From: Nitrospinae bacterium CG11_big_fil_rev_8_21_14_0_20_45_15
GTDB lineage: Bacteria; Nitrospinota; Nitrospinia; Nitrospinales; VA-1
Assembly (NCBI GenBank): GCA_002787235.1
Contig: PCWG01000010.1
Location: forward strand, 13,680-77,679
Reading direction: 5' to 3'
Length of the DNA stretch: 64,000 nt
Below, in pieces: positions 29,350 to 40,010 of the stretch (position 1 is the first letter of the stretch; each line of letters starts with the position of its first letter). A program made the translations under genes and the position numbers. The notes beneath the pieces were generated by a model, which saw nothing but the letters and a program-made list of their open reading frames with translations, did not search any database and had not been told where the DNA came from.

Positions 29350-30663
29350 ATGACCACTACAACGACAGAGACAGCAAACCGTCCCGAATTGGCTATTCGC
29401 GACCTTTTCAACAAAAGCCAGTCCGGTAATAAAACATCTCCTGCATTGAAAAAGTTTAATCAGGCCGCGTTGGAAAAACTGGAAGCCCTGAAATTTCCTG
29501 ACCGAAAGCACGAAATGTACACTTTCGTCGGAACCCGGGAACTGGTCGCAACAGAATTTGCATTGGCCGCTTCCGGGACGATTGCGAAGGAACAAGTCGA
29601 TGCATTGATCTACTCAAACAGCAAAAACAGTTGTCTGGTTTTTGTGGATGGGGCCTTTTGTGAAGAATTGTCCGACATCTCCGCCCTGGGAGCCGGTGTT
29701 CGCCTGACTCCTTTGAGTGAAGCCATTGAACAGGCCGAAGTATCTGACTATTTGCTTGCAACCGTGAAAGATGAAAACGACGTGTTCTCGGCAATGAACG
29801 GTGCTCTGGTATCCGACGGGCTGGTTTTGGAGATCACAGAAAACACCACGGTTGACGTCCCCTTGCAGATACTCTATATCTCTTCCGAATCCAAAACTCC
29901 GGTGTTGCATTGTCCACGAATTTTGATCTTCGCTCGACGTTCCTCTGAACTGAATGTTGCTGTTAAATTTTCCGGGGGTGCCACTTCCTGCTTCGTCAAT
30001 GCAGTGCAGGACATACTCGTTGAAGAAAATGCGCACATCACTTACAGCCAGTTTCAGGATGACAGTGCCTGGCATTTTTCCAAATTGCGCACGACCCAGA
30101 AACGTGCCAGCCGTTTCATCTCCTCCAACGCCATGTCAGGAGCTCATCTGGCGCGCTGTCATTATGAAATGTGGCTCACGGAGCCTGGGGCAGAACTGCA
30201 ATTGAACAGTCTCAGTGTTCTTCACAAAGAAGAACAGGCGCACAACTACGTACAGATTCATCATCAGGCAGAGCATTGCACAAGCACTCAATTGTTTCGA
30301 AACCTTGTGGATGATAAAGGCCGAAGCAGTATCGACGGAACGGTCGTGGTGCATCCCGGCGCGCAATTGACCTCCTCCGAACAACTCATCAACAACCTCA
30401 TGTTGTCGGACGATTGCCGGGCAGACAACAAGCCCAACTTGAAGATTTATGCCGACGATGTGAAATGCACCCACGGTGCAACGGTGGGTCAGCTCAACGA
30501 AGATCAAGTTTTCTATTTAAAAACCAGAGGACTGAGTGAGGCAACCGCGCGCACCTTGTTGACCCGAAGTTTTGCAGAAAGTATGATTCAAACCGCACCG
30601 TCCCCACAAGTGGCCGAAGATTGGCGAAACGTTCTTTTGAAAAAGTTAGGGGCAAATGAATGA
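29350..30663 (+). CDS. sufD: Fe-S cluster assembly protein SufD
   Basis: 437 aa with a SufB/SufD beta-helix C-terminal region (VKCTHGATVGQL). Position between sufC and sufS. Confidence 0.9.
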   Translation: MTTTTTETANRPELAIRDLFNKSQSGNKTSPALKKFNQAALEKLEALKFPDRKHEMYTFVGTRELVATEFALAASGTIAKEQVDALIYSNSKNSCLVFVDGAFCEELSDISALGAGVRLTPLSEAIEQAEVSDYLLATVKDENDVFSAMNGALVSDGLVLEITENTTVDVPLQILYISSESKTPVLHCPRILIFARRSSELNVAVKFSGGATSCFVNAVQDILVEENAHITYSQFQDDSAWHFSKLRTTQKRASRFISSNAMSGAHLARCHYEMWLTEPGAELQLNSLSVLHKEEQAHNYVQIHHQAEHCTSTQLFRNLVDDKGRSSIDGTVVVHPGAQLTSSEQLINNLMLSDDCRADNKPNLKIYADDVKCTHGATVGQLNEDQVFYLKTRGLSEATARTLLTRSFAESMIQTAPSPQVAEDWRNVLLKKLGANE

Positions 30664-31904
30664 ATGACCATAAAGTAATGTCTTCTGTTCTAGACGTTGA
30701 TAAAATTCGCTCCGAATTTCCTGCCCTGACACGAACTGTTCACGGCAAACCCCTCATCTATCTCGACAATGGGGCTACCACCCAAAAACCTTTGCAGATG
30801 ATCGAGCGGGTTCGCAAGTTCGACGCCGAAGAATACGGCACGGTTCGCCGTGGTGCATACAAGGTGAGCGAGTACTCGACGCAACTCTACGAAGAAGCCC
30901 GACAAAAGGTTGCCGACTTTTTTGGAGCTGGCTCCAAATCTGAAATCATTTTCACCAGCGGAACCACTCAGGCCATCAACCTCGTTGCCTACAGCTTTGG
31001 AAAACAATTCGTCAAGGCCGGAGATGAAATCATCATCTCAAATATCGAACACCATGCCAACACAGTTCCCTGGCAAGTATTGTGTGAGGAAAGAGGGGCG
31101 CACCTCAAAGTCATTCCCGTAAACGATGAGGGAGAATTGATTTTAGAGGAATACGACAAACTGCTTTCCAATAAAACCCGTATTGTCGCTGTCAACCACG
31201 TATCCAATGCGTTGGGGACGGTGAATCCTGTCAAGGAAATCGCACGTCGGGCGCATTCAGTCGGTGCTCGCATACTGGTCGATGGAGCGCAAAGTTCGTC
31301 GCACATGAAAGTCGACGTTCAGGATCTCGATTGCGATTTCTACACATTTTCTGGTCATAAAATGTATGGTCCGAGTGGTGTCGGTGGTCTTTTCGGGAAA
31401 ATGGAACTGCTGGAACAAATGCCACCTTATGTCACTGGTGGCGATATGATCATGCAGGTCACTCTGGAAAAAACCACTTACGCTCGCCCTCCTGCACGTT
31501 TTGAAGCCGGCACGCCACCCATCACGCAGGTGATCGGTCTGGGGGCCTCGATCGACTACATGAACGGGATCGGGATGGATAACATTGCCGAATACGAACA
31601 TCAACTGCTCGAATACGGCACAAAATGTCTCGAAAAAATTGACGGATTGAGACTCATTGGAACCGCTAAAGACAAGGCCGCAATCCTGTCTTTCTATCTC
31701 GATTGCGTGCATCCGCACGATATCGTGACTTGTCTGGATCAAGATGGCATCGCGGTACGCGGCGGTCATCATTGCGCACAGCCTACGATGATCCGTTTTG
31801 GCGTTCCGGCTACTGCGCGAGCATCCATGTCATTTTATAATAAAACAGAAGAGCTGGACGCGTTGGCTGAAAGCATCCGACGAACCATAAAAATATTTTC
31901 CTGA
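30660..31904 (+). CDS. sufS: Cysteine desulfurase SufS (class II)
   Basis: 414 aa. YLDNGATTQKP, PLP-lysine context FSGHKMYGP, active-site RGGHHCAQP. ATGA overlap with sufD. Confidence 0.95.
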   Translation: MNDHKVMSSVLDVDKIRSEFPALTRTVHGKPLIYLDNGATTQKPLQMIERVRKFDAEEYGTVRRGAYKVSEYSTQLYEEARQKVADFFGAGSKSEIIFTSGTTQAINLVAYSFGKQFVKAGDEIIISNIEHHANTVPWQVLCEERGAHLKVIPVNDEGELILEEYDKLLSNKTRIVAVNHVSNALGTVNPVKEIARRAHSVGARILVDGAQSSSHMKVDVQDLDCDFYTFSGHKMYGPSGVGGLFGKMELLEQMPPYVTGGDMIMQVTLEKTTYARPPARFEAGTPPITQVIGLGASIDYMNGIGMDNIAEYEHQLLEYGTKCLEKIDGLRLIGTAKDKAAILSFYLDCVHPHDIVTCLDQDGIAVRGGHHCAQPTMIRFGVPATARASMSFYNKTEELDALAESIRRTIKIFS

Positions 31905-31928
31905 TAATAAAAAACACTCATAAACACT

Positions 31929-32387
31929 ATGTCCTATATCAATAGCGAACTTTACCAGCAGGTGATCCTCGATCACAACCGCAAGCCAAGGAACTTCCGC
32001 AAAATTGAAGATGCCACGCATTCCTGCCACGGTATCAATCCCTTATGTGGCGACGATGTTTATGTCTACCTCAACGTCAATGACGCGGGTGTGATTGAAG
32101 ATGTCAGCTTCGAAGGCTCCGGCTGTGCCATTTCCAAAGCCAGCTGTTCCCTGATGACCACACACTTGAAAGGCAAAACCGTCGAGGACGCACGGATCAA
32201 TTTCAAGGAATTTCAAAATATGATCATCGGCACAATGGACCCCGACAAAGAAGAGCATCACCTCGGAAAACTTTCATTATTCATGGGCGTACGCGAATAT
32301 CCCTCAAGAACCAAATGTGCCTCTCTGGCATGGCACACAATGGTCGGTGCGCTCGATAGAAAATTTGATGGAATAAGCACCGAATAG
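31929..32387 (+). CDS. sufU: SufU-type sulfur acceptor/scaffold (IscU-like)
   Basis: 152 aa. NPLCGDD, GSGCAISKAS and RTKCASLAW motifs typical of zinc-dependent SufU. Confidence 0.9.
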   Translation: MSYINSELYQQVILDHNRKPRNFRKIEDATHSCHGINPLCGDDVYVYLNVNDAGVIEDVSFEGSGCAISKASCSLMTTHLKGKTVEDARINFKEFQNMIIGTMDPDKEEHHLGKLSLFMGVREYPSRTKCASLAWHTMVGALDRKFDGISTE

Positions 32388-32582
32388 CCCACTTCGTGGA
32401 CGGGAAATGGAGCGCAATGAAACATTGTTTTCAATTTTCGGCGCACTATTTACCGACCCGCTCCGGCCGGTAACTCCTGTCTACTGGCAACGGATCGTCA
32501 CTTTGGGAATCCTATCCAGTGCACCAATTCGCTTGTTCTTGCAGGGCGACACGCTGTTGTTGCCCCGTTTTCCTTTCTTAAT

Positions 32583-33656
32583 ATGCTGGTGAAGTTGGAC
32601 TTCCAAGTATCGGACATGGAATCTTCTGCCCTGAATACCACTGTTAGCGATGGAGCGTTGAGCAAAGACCTCGGCAACCAAGCCCTCCTTTGCGTCGCTT
32701 GCGGTCATTCCTGCAAACTACGCCCCGGTCAACGTGGCGTGTGCATGGTACGCTGGAACGAGGACGGTGTTCTCAAAGTCCCCTTTGGTTACACCGCCGG
32801 AGTGCACAACGATCCCATCGAAAAGAAACCCTTTTTTCACGCCCTGCCCGGCAGTCGAGCCCTGAGCTTTGGAATGCTCGGTTGCGATTTCAAATGCGCC
32901 TATTGTCAAAACTGGTTCAGCTCGCAAACCTTCCGCGACCCCGCATCGACCACTGAGCATTCACCCGCCACACCAAAGTCCCTATGCGACCTCGCCCAAT
33001 CCGCAGGTGCGAGAACCATCGTTTCTACTTACAACGAGCCTCTCATCACCGCAGAATGGGGAGTCGCTGTTTTCAAGGAAGCTAAAAGCAGAAATCTCAA
33101 AACCGCTTTTGTATCCAATGGACATGGGACCCCTGAAGTGCTGGATTATCTGAAACCCTGGATCGATTTTTACAAGGTGGACCTGAAATCATTTTCAGAA
33201 AGGAATTACCGCCGACTCAGTGGCAATCTTCCCGCTGTGCTCGATACCATCCAGTATCTTCATTCAGCAGGAATCTGGCTGGAAATCGTCACTCTGGTCA
33301 TTCCCGGCTACAACGATTCCGATACGGAACTACGGGAGATTGCTGAATTCATCGCCCATCTATCCATAGACATTCCCTGGCATATCACCGCCTTTCACCC
33401 CGACTACAAAATGCGCGACCGCGAAAGAACCTCCCCTTCAACACTGCTTCGCGCTTGGGAAGCCGGACGCAAGGCAGGTCTGAATTACGTTTATTCCGGC
33501 AACCTTCCGGGCCAGATAGAGAACACGGAAAACACCCATTGCCCGGATTGTGGCATTGTCCTGGTCGAACGCTATGGATTTGAAGTGATCGTCAACCGAA
33601 TCTCCGGCAGTGCCTGCCCTCAATGTCACTGCCCTATCCCCGGTCGCTGGAATTGA
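32583..33656 (+). CDS. amrS: AmmeMemoRadiSam system radical SAM enzyme (AmrS-like)
   Basis: N-terminal Cys-rich segment CVACGHSCKL...GVC. Radical SAM CDFKCAYCQNW (the CxxxCxxCQNW signature of this family). C-terminal CPDCG...CPQCHC. An alternative start is ATG at 32616. Confidence 0.8.
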   Translation: MLVKLDFQVSDMESSALNTTVSDGALSKDLGNQALLCVACGHSCKLRPGQRGVCMVRWNEDGVLKVPFGYTAGVHNDPIEKKPFFHALPGSRALSFGMLGCDFKCAYCQNWFSSQTFRDPASTTEHSPATPKSLCDLAQSAGARTIVSTYNEPLITAEWGVAVFKEAKSRNLKTAFVSNGHGTPEVLDYLKPWIDFYKVDLKSFSERNYRRLSGNLPAVLDTIQYLHSAGIWLEIVTLVIPGYNDSDTELREIAEFIAHLSIDIPWHITAFHPDYKMRDRERTSPSTLLRAWEAGRKAGLNYVYSGNLPGQIENTENTHCPDCGIVLVERYGFEVIVNRISGSACPQCHCPIPGRWN

Positions 33657-33811
33657 TTGTTTTACTTTCAAGCCAACTTCCCGACAAACCTTTTACAAGC
33701 GCAGGGAAATTCCTGCTAACAATCGCAGTGACTGGCATGCAGACTTCTTGAAGTCCGCTTTTAATAGATGTATCATTAAAGACGAGGGCTATTATCGACT
33801 GGAGATCAAAT

Positions 33812-34501
33812 ATGCGAAACCGGAATTATTTTTATCTATTGGCCAGAGGAATCGCGTTGGTATTTATACTGACAGGGTCTATTGCCACAGCAAAAACCCC
33901 CGAATCTACAGCCGTCGCCAAGTCTCAGACAACTGTCGCCGAAGCCATGGTGAACGGTTTTCGATCCGCAAAATTTTCCATGACAGAAAATGATGTGTAT
34001 CGAGCTATTTCAATAGACTTCAAAACACCCAGGGACCAAGTGGTGCGCAGCGTACACCCCACTGAAAAAACAGTCACGCTTGGAATTAAAACCAAAGATC
34101 TGGTTCCCGAAAGCGGCACCGCACATATTTTTTATATCTTTGGATATCAATCCCAAAAACTCATGCAGGTGAATATCGTCTGGGGAGATCCTGTAGATCC
34201 TACGGCAGACCCTCAAGGAGTGGTCAACACCGCGAATCAACTCCGCGACCATTTCATCAAAGAAGGCTACCAGCGTGACGGGATGGCCATCAACGCACGA
34301 TTGCCCGATGAATCGGTACTCGTCTTCAGGGGTAAAGACCGATTGGGACGCATGGTGATTCTACTTCTGAAAAGCTCCATGACCTCTGCTGAAAAAGAAA
34401 AAGCAACCGCAGGCTCCGTCAATCACATGAGCTTGAGATTGTCTTATATTGAAAAACCGGAAGCACCTGATATCTTTAAAATTAAAAAAGGTGACTTTTA
34501 A
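33812..34501 (+). CDS. Secreted hypothetical protein
   Basis: 229 aa. GGAGA Shine-Dalgarno 6 nt upstream and a signal peptide (LTGSIATAKTP). No recognisable family. Confidence 0.5.
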   Translation: MRNRNYFYLLARGIALVFILTGSIATAKTPESTAVAKSQTTVAEAMVNGFRSAKFSMTENDVYRAISIDFKTPRDQVVRSVHPTEKTVTLGIKTKDLVPESGTAHIFYIFGYQSQKLMQVNIVWGDPVDPTADPQGVVNTANQLRDHFIKEGYQRDGMAINARLPDESVLVFRGKDRLGRMVILLLKSSMTSAEKEKATAGSVNHMSLRLSYIEKPEAPDIFKIKKGDF

Positions 34502-34535
34502 ATTGAATAAAAAAAATATCTCTGAGGAATAAATT

Positions 34536-35003
34536 TTGAAAAATAAAAAAGAAGTTGGAAAAGCATTAGGACTCGTGCCCAGTGGATTGTTTGTTGTCAC
34601 CGCAAGCCATGGCGATCAGGAAGATGCCGTATTGGCAAGCTGGGTGAACCAATGTTCTTTTGCTCCCCCTGCGTTGACAATGGTTCTGTCCAAGACGCGT
34701 GCGGCCCGTCTGCTGGTTGAAGCTTCTGAAAGTTTTGTCGTGAATGTTCTGGAAAAAGAAGGCGAAGTCATGAAAAAATTCTTCGCGCCAAACAAAGCAG
34801 ATGTCTTTGACGGATTGAAAACAAAGAAAGTCGGCAAACGACCTAGGATTTTAAGCGATGCTGTTTCCTGGCTGGAGTGTAAAGTCATCAACACCATCCC
34901 TGCCGGGGATCATGTCGTGTACATCGGGGAAATCATCGATGGCGGCGTGTTAAAAGGCGGATCACCCGCTACGCATGTGAGGAAAAACGGATTCGCTTAT
35001 TGA
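34536..35003 (+). CDS. Flavin reductase-like (FMN-binding split barrel) protein
   Basis: 155 aa. SGLFVVTA and NVLEK motifs of the flavin reductase domain. TTG start with GAGGA 7 nt upstream. Confidence 0.75.
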   Translation: MKNKKEVGKALGLVPSGLFVVTASHGDQEDAVLASWVNQCSFAPPALTMVLSKTRAARLLVEASESFVVNVLEKEGEVMKKFFAPNKADVFDGLKTKKVGKRPRILSDAVSWLECKVINTIPAGDHVVYIGEIIDGGVLKGGSPATHVRKNGFAY

Positions 35004-35269
35004 AATAAAGCCGCCATCATTTTTGGGAAACTGGTGCGAGTAAGAACCCAATAGATCGCAACACCAACGAAACTCACCAGGCTAATCGCGAAAATGCCCA
35101 GCTTGATGAGTCGTTGCGGGTCTTCGTCGTAAAACTCTTTGACATCATCCGCAAAGCTTTCCACGATACTTTCATCGGGGCGTTTTTTGAAGGTATCATC
35201 AATGGCATCTTTGCCATAAATGATCCCAAAAATAATTGCGATTAATAGTATTTCAATTGCCCCGATCAT
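34997..35269 (-). CDS. Small membrane protein (2 TM)
   Basis: 90 aa. N-terminal helix MIGAIEILLIAIIFGIIYG, an acidic loop, and a second TM segment. Begins 11 nt downstream of the FGE-fusion gene. Confidence 0.5.
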   Translation of the reverse strand: MIGAIEILLIAIIFGIIYGKDAIDDTFKKRPDESIVESFADDVKEFYDEDPQRLIKLGIFAISLVSFVGVAIYWVLTRTSFPKMMAALFQ

Positions 35270-35280
35270 GAACGCGCTCC

Positions 35281-37776
35281 CTAATATCTAGCTTCTGCGA
35301 CCCTGTGCAAAAGGTGCCACGGTTTCCATTGCGTTAATTGTCTTTTCCCCTGCGGGATTTTTTTTCCTTCTGCGCTCTTCGCACATCGAAACCCATAATC
35401 AGCCATCCTCGTATCGGGATAACTGTTATTGCGAAACGACGCATAAAGAAATCCTGACAAGTCTCGCCAAGACCCACCCTTCAATACTTTGAATTCGCCC
35501 CCTATCTGCCCCGGGGGATTGATGTGATTTGCAGGATCGTCATAATACTCCCGATCGAACCAATCGTCCACCCATTCTTTTACATTCCCCGCCATATTGT
35601 AGGTTCCATAGAAGCTTTTTCCCTCTGCATACGAATCCACAGGCATCATGACACCATGCTTGATCTCCTCGGTCCAGTGCTGATTGTAACGAGCCAGCGA
35701 CGAATGAGGAAGCGTATTCCCCCAAGGGTAGATGTTGCCTGACGGACCACGCGCCGCCTTTTCCCATTCTGCTTCGGTCGGCAAACGCTGTTTTTTCCAT
35801 TCACAGTATTTAGAAGCACCGTACCAATTGACATTATTGATAGGCAAATTTTCCATTCCCTCACGCGCTGAAAAACGATCGTTGTAAACTAAAACGCCAC
35901 GAACGTTGTCTTCATAATAGCCCTTGGTATTGTTGACTGAATTCAGAAATTCCGCAAAATCTTTAGCCCGAACTTCGTATTGATCTATATAGTAGGCGTC
36001 GAGATACGTTTTATGCTGTGGAGCTTCATCTAAACCGTGGTCGTCGGAACCCATGATAAAATAACCCTTGGGAACAAACACCATCCCCTCAGGCACATTC
36101 TTCAGTGCCAACTCCCCAGACAACCCCTCTTTCTCCGATTGCAATGCGGACCGAACCTCATCCGCAAACAAACCCTCAGGGTCGCGCTGAAGATAACGTT
36201 GAAAAAATTTCTCCGCCGCAGGTACTTTCCCCGTCGAGTGAAGAACCCAGCCCGAAAAATAATCCAACTCGGTTTTATCTGAAAAACTTCCCGAACGCGC
36301 CTCCTCCAAATCCGCAAGAATTCCTTCCAACGATTCTGCATTCTCAATCAGAGCTTTATTATAAAAGCTTTTTGCCCGATCGTATTGCCCTTCAAGCAGG
36401 GAGAACAAACCCAAATTCATTTCCGCTAAAGGAATCAAGCCGCTGGCTTTGTCCGCCACCGCAAGTCCCTTTTCGGTGGATTTGATTGCATTTGCAATGT
36501 CTCCACGCTTGTAATACGTCCAGCCCATCTGAATGTGGCCCTTGGCGAAATCAGGCCAGCGATCTACCAAAACCGCCTGTTGTTCCAAGGCCTGATCGTA
36601 GTCGCCCATGCGGTAAAGAATCTCTGCCAGCTTTTCCAAAGCTTGCATTAGATCGGGGAACCGCTTGACCGTGTGCCGAAGGGAAAGCACCGCAATCTCG
36701 GGGACACCCAGCCCCAGATACGCCGTAGACATTTCCATAAAAGCCCAAACACTTTCGGGGGCCAGACTCGACAGTTTTTTCAAATGCAATAACGCCCCGG
36801 CGTAATTCCTTTGAAATAAAAAAAGTCGCGCCAGCGAATCGTGCGCCGCTGGAAATCCCGGATTCAACTGCACTGCCTGTAACAAGGACTCGACTGCCTG
36901 ATCCGTGTTGCCCGCTTTGTCGTAAGCCATCCCCAGGTTGAAATAGCTGTCCGCATTGCCCGGTTCGGCCGCAACCGCTCGCTGGTATTGCTGAATGGCT
37001 TGATCGTTCTCATTCAATTCAGAATACATATTGCCCAGATTGTTATGCGCTTCAACGGATAAAGGATTGATCGCTACCGAAAGGGAAAGATAAAAAACCG
37101 CTTTCCTTGAATTCAGATTCTGATAAAAAACCATACCCACATTTGAAAAATAGGCTCCCAATGTCTGCTTCTTGTTCAAACTCTTTAGATAAAATGCCGA
37201 AACCGGTTGCCCCTTCATTCCAAAACGATTCAAATAAAAACCATCGGAAAACTCTGCACCGCCTTCGGTCCCATCGATATTGATCCGCTCAGTTCCATCG
37301 TCCCAGCGCACAAAAAAATGATTGGGAAGTGCGACTCCCTTGATGGGCAAACCCAAACGTTCCGCGACAACAAGATAAAGAAGCGAGAGGTTCATGCAAT
37401 AACCACGCTTTGTTTTTAAAAGACCATGCATGAACAATTCTTCTGAATTGACAGGGAAACCACGCGCATCCACTTCATCCGTATAACGGTAACCGCCCTG
37501 CCCGTGAATCGCACGGCGTAACAGATCGACTTTTTCACGTGGAGAATTCGCAGACAACGCAGGCTGTGCCCACTCTGTCAGTTGATCCAACTGCTTGCGG
37601 AAATCGGCCTCATCCACTTGCGGATTCCATTCTTTTGAAATCGCAAGCAGAGTTTCCGTCAAGTCAATTTGCTCTGACGAACGCGTCGGTATGGATTCAA
37701 GATTCGCACCCTCAGCCAAAGCGGTGGTTGCCCAGAACAACACAAAGCATAGCGACAATAAAACGGATCGATACAT
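35281..37776 (-). CDS. Secreted transglutaminase-like / TPR / formylglycine-generating-enzyme (SUMF1) domain fusion protein
   Basis: 831 aa with a signal peptide. N-terminal SirB1/transglutaminase-like block (RGYCMNLSLLYLVVAERLGLP), multiple TPRs, and a textbook C-terminal FGE-sulfatase domain (RLPTEAEWEKAARG, GNVKEWVDDW, KGGSW, GFRC). Confidence 0.8.
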   Translation of the reverse strand: MYRSVLLSLCFVLFWATTALAEGANLESIPTRSSEQIDLTETLLAISKEWNPQVDEADFRKQLDQLTEWAQPALSANSPREKVDLLRRAIHGQGGYRYTDEVDARGFPVNSEELFMHGLLKTKRGYCMNLSLLYLVVAERLGLPIKGVALPNHFFVRWDDGTERINIDGTEGGAEFSDGFYLNRFGMKGQPVSAFYLKSLNKKQTLGAYFSNVGMVFYQNLNSRKAVFYLSLSVAINPLSVEAHNNLGNMYSELNENDQAIQQYQRAVAAEPGNADSYFNLGMAYDKAGNTDQAVESLLQAVQLNPGFPAAHDSLARLFLFQRNYAGALLHLKKLSSLAPESVWAFMEMSTAYLGLGVPEIAVLSLRHTVKRFPDLMQALEKLAEILYRMGDYDQALEQQAVLVDRWPDFAKGHIQMGWTYYKRGDIANAIKSTEKGLAVADKASGLIPLAEMNLGLFSLLEGQYDRAKSFYNKALIENAESLEGILADLEEARSGSFSDKTELDYFSGWVLHSTGKVPAAEKFFQRYLQRDPEGLFADEVRSALQSEKEGLSGELALKNVPEGMVFVPKGYFIMGSDDHGLDEAPQHKTYLDAYYIDQYEVRAKDFAEFLNSVNNTKGYYEDNVRGVLVYNDRFSAREGMENLPINNVNWYGASKYCEWKKQRLPTEAEWEKAARGPSGNIYPWGNTLPHSSLARYNQHWTEEIKHGVMMPVDSYAEGKSFYGTYNMAGNVKEWVDDWFDREYYDDPANHINPPGQIGGEFKVLKGGSWRDLSGFLYASFRNNSYPDTRMADYGFRCAKSAEGKKIPQGKRQLTQWKPWHLLHRVAEARY

Positions 37777-37889
37777 TTTTTTTGAGTCGATGGGAAAAAT
37801 AGCGACACCCTCACTGGATTGTTATAGATTCGCCCATTATAGCAAAAAAAAGGGCGCAGGTACTACGAGAGAACTTCTACTGGAGCCGA

Positions 37890-40010
37890 CTATTCGTTCC
37901 GCAAAATGAACCCTTCCAATAGAAAAATCCCCCCCATCGCGACAAGAAAAGGCAATGTCAAAGGAGTTCCGCTCTGCGGTGTTTGCGGGCTCACCAATTG
38001 CTCGGCTGAAACAATTTCGACAACGCGTCCTTCCAACAGACTGGAAATTTCCTTGGACGTTATTTTTCTCGGGTCAGATTCGATCGGATCGAGATTGACG
38101 GTGAAAATCCCTGCCAGTTCGGCATCGACAGGCAAGACTGTTTTGTCTGCTCCGACTTCCTCGACTGCCGTTAAAAGAATTTGGTAAATGCCAGGTTCAT
38201 CGGTTTCGTTGAATTTCGGAATCTCTTTTTCTGTCGCCAAACGAATCAATTTCCCCGTTGGTTTTTTGATCCAGACCGTTTTACCACTCAGGTCGATCTT
38301 CCAATCGGAAAGCGTCTCACCCACCAACAAATTTTGTTGCATCATCGCATCCAACCCCAACGCCGAATACTTCACCCACCGTTGCAACCAGGGCAGGAAC
38401 GTCGGTTGAATGGGAAAATCATTCCAGTCTCTATCCAGCGTCGAAACAAACAGAAAGGTTTTGCCTCGCCCCAACGGAGTCTCTATCAGAGCCGCTTTGC
38501 CATCAGTGAACGTCAAGGGAACAGAAAAAATACGGTCGGGACGCGGCGTGATTGTGTAAAGGGAATGAAATCGAATCGTTTGCATTTCCCGCAATGCCTG
38601 ACCTTTGAAAATTTTCATGACCGGATGGCTATCGGGATCGATCTTGAGTTTGAACGGTTCGGAACCGGTCTTGACTTTTAAAAGACGCTCCAGTTGCAGG
38701 GGAAACAAAGTCCCCAACGACGCATTGAAATATTTCGGGTCCGTCTGATCACCCAGGCCCGCAAACAAAATGCCGCCCTGCAAGACAAAATGTTCGAGCT
38801 CCGTTTCATAACCAAAAGGCAATTCCCGCACATTGCATAAAATGACCACCGAAAAATCTTTCAGGTTTTTCTGTGGCAATTCTGCGAGCGTAACAATGCT
38901 TGGCGCAATCTGCGAAGCACCGGTAGAAAAGGGGTCCAGAGCGCGTTCCACATAAAAAGATTCGCTCTCATGCTGAACCGTTCGCGGGTCGCCATCCACC
39001 ACCAGAACCTGAAGGCTTTGATCGGGTTTGTAAGCAAAATAACGTCTGTTGTCCACCTCCAGCGCATCCATAGCAATTTGCGCCCACCCCGTCACCCAAC
39101 CCGGCTTTGACGTGGGAAAGGTCAATTCTCTCTGCCCTTCCGCATGCGGCGCAATTTTGAGAACCCCGTCCGTCTGTTTTTGTCCATCGCTGAAAACTTC
39201 CAATTTTAAATCCTGCAATTCACGCGCTACCGAATAATTCATCGCCGAACTTTTCACACGCAGAATTCTGCTACCGGTTAAAAATTCCTGAGTAACGGAA
39301 ACGTCGATCAATGCCGACAGATTGGGAGCTTTCGCTTGATCGGACAAATCGATGATCTGAATCGGGATGTTCGGCGCGAGATTGGAGAAACTCTCCCCCC
39401 GCCATCCATTCCTATCCAGGTCGGTCAGCAGAACGATGCCCTGGGTCTTTTTGTTTTCACCCTTCAACAGGTCGAACGCCTTTTGCAAAGCGGAGTCGAT
39501 ATCGGTCGGTAAATAAGACGGCGATGATGCCTGCAAAAATTTCTTGCGTGCGGATTTGTCCGTCGTCATCGCCTGCAAAATATTCGACGCCGAAGATGCC
39601 AGAACAATCGCGTATTCGCTCCCCTCCGGCAACCGATCGATCTGACCTTGCAGAATGTCTACGGCGGAGTGATAGAGGGATTCATCGTCTTTAGCCTGGG
39701 TCCGCATGCTGAACGAATCATCCAGTATAAAAACTGTTTTCCCGCCCGCAAAGGAACCCTCGTTGAAAGACAGAATGGGTTGTGACATCGCCATACAGAA
39801 CAGTGCCAATGCCAGACAACGCAGAAGCATCAATAAAATGCGGTTCGGTTTGGAACGTTTGACCGATCGTTTTTGGGATTTTTTTAGCAGATAGACGGCA
39901 GAAAAGGGAATGCGTTTTTTTTGCCTGCGTGTCAAAAGATGAACGAGAACAGGCAAAGCGGCCCCCAGCAAACCATACAAAAAAAGTGGAGAGAGAAAAT
40001 TCAAGCCCAT
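37890..40010 (-). CDS. BatA_N (N-terminal double-TM) / VWA-like domain membrane protein
   Basis: 706 aa. The N-terminus FLSPLFLYGLLGAALPVLVHLLTRRQKKRIPFSAVYLL matches the aerotolerance-regulator double-TM domain. MIDAS-like DDSFSM and a C-terminal TM anchor. Confidence 0.7.
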   Translation of the reverse strand: MGLNFLSPLFLYGLLGAALPVLVHLLTRRQKKRIPFSAVYLLKKSQKRSVKRSKPNRILLMLLRCLALALFCMAMSQPILSFNEGSFAGGKTVFILDDSFSMRTQAKDDESLYHSAVDILQGQIDRLPEGSEYAIVLASSASNILQAMTTDKSARKKFLQASSPSYLPTDIDSALQKAFDLLKGENKKTQGIVLLTDLDRNGWRGESFSNLAPNIPIQIIDLSDQAKAPNLSALIDVSVTQEFLTGSRILRVKSSAMNYSVARELQDLKLEVFSDGQKQTDGVLKIAPHAEGQRELTFPTSKPGWVTGWAQIAMDALEVDNRRYFAYKPDQSLQVLVVDGDPRTVQHESESFYVERALDPFSTGASQIAPSIVTLAELPQKNLKDFSVVILCNVRELPFGYETELEHFVLQGGILFAGLGDQTDPKYFNASLGTLFPLQLERLLKVKTGSEPFKLKIDPDSHPVMKIFKGQALREMQTIRFHSLYTITPRPDRIFSVPLTFTDGKAALIETPLGRGKTFLFVSTLDRDWNDFPIQPTFLPWLQRWVKYSALGLDAMMQQNLLVGETLSDWKIDLSGKTVWIKKPTGKLIRLATEKEIPKFNETDEPGIYQILLTAVEEVGADKTVLPVDAELAGIFTVNLDPIESDPRKITSKEISSLLEGRVVEIVSAEQLVSPQTPQSGTPLTLPFLVAMGGIFLLEGFILRNE

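Noticed and set aside
32407-32592. 61-aa ORF between sufU and the radical SAM gene
   Set aside because: It has no ribosome-binding site and no recognisable features, and it overlaps the likely start region of the AmrS-like gene. Probably non-coding spacer.
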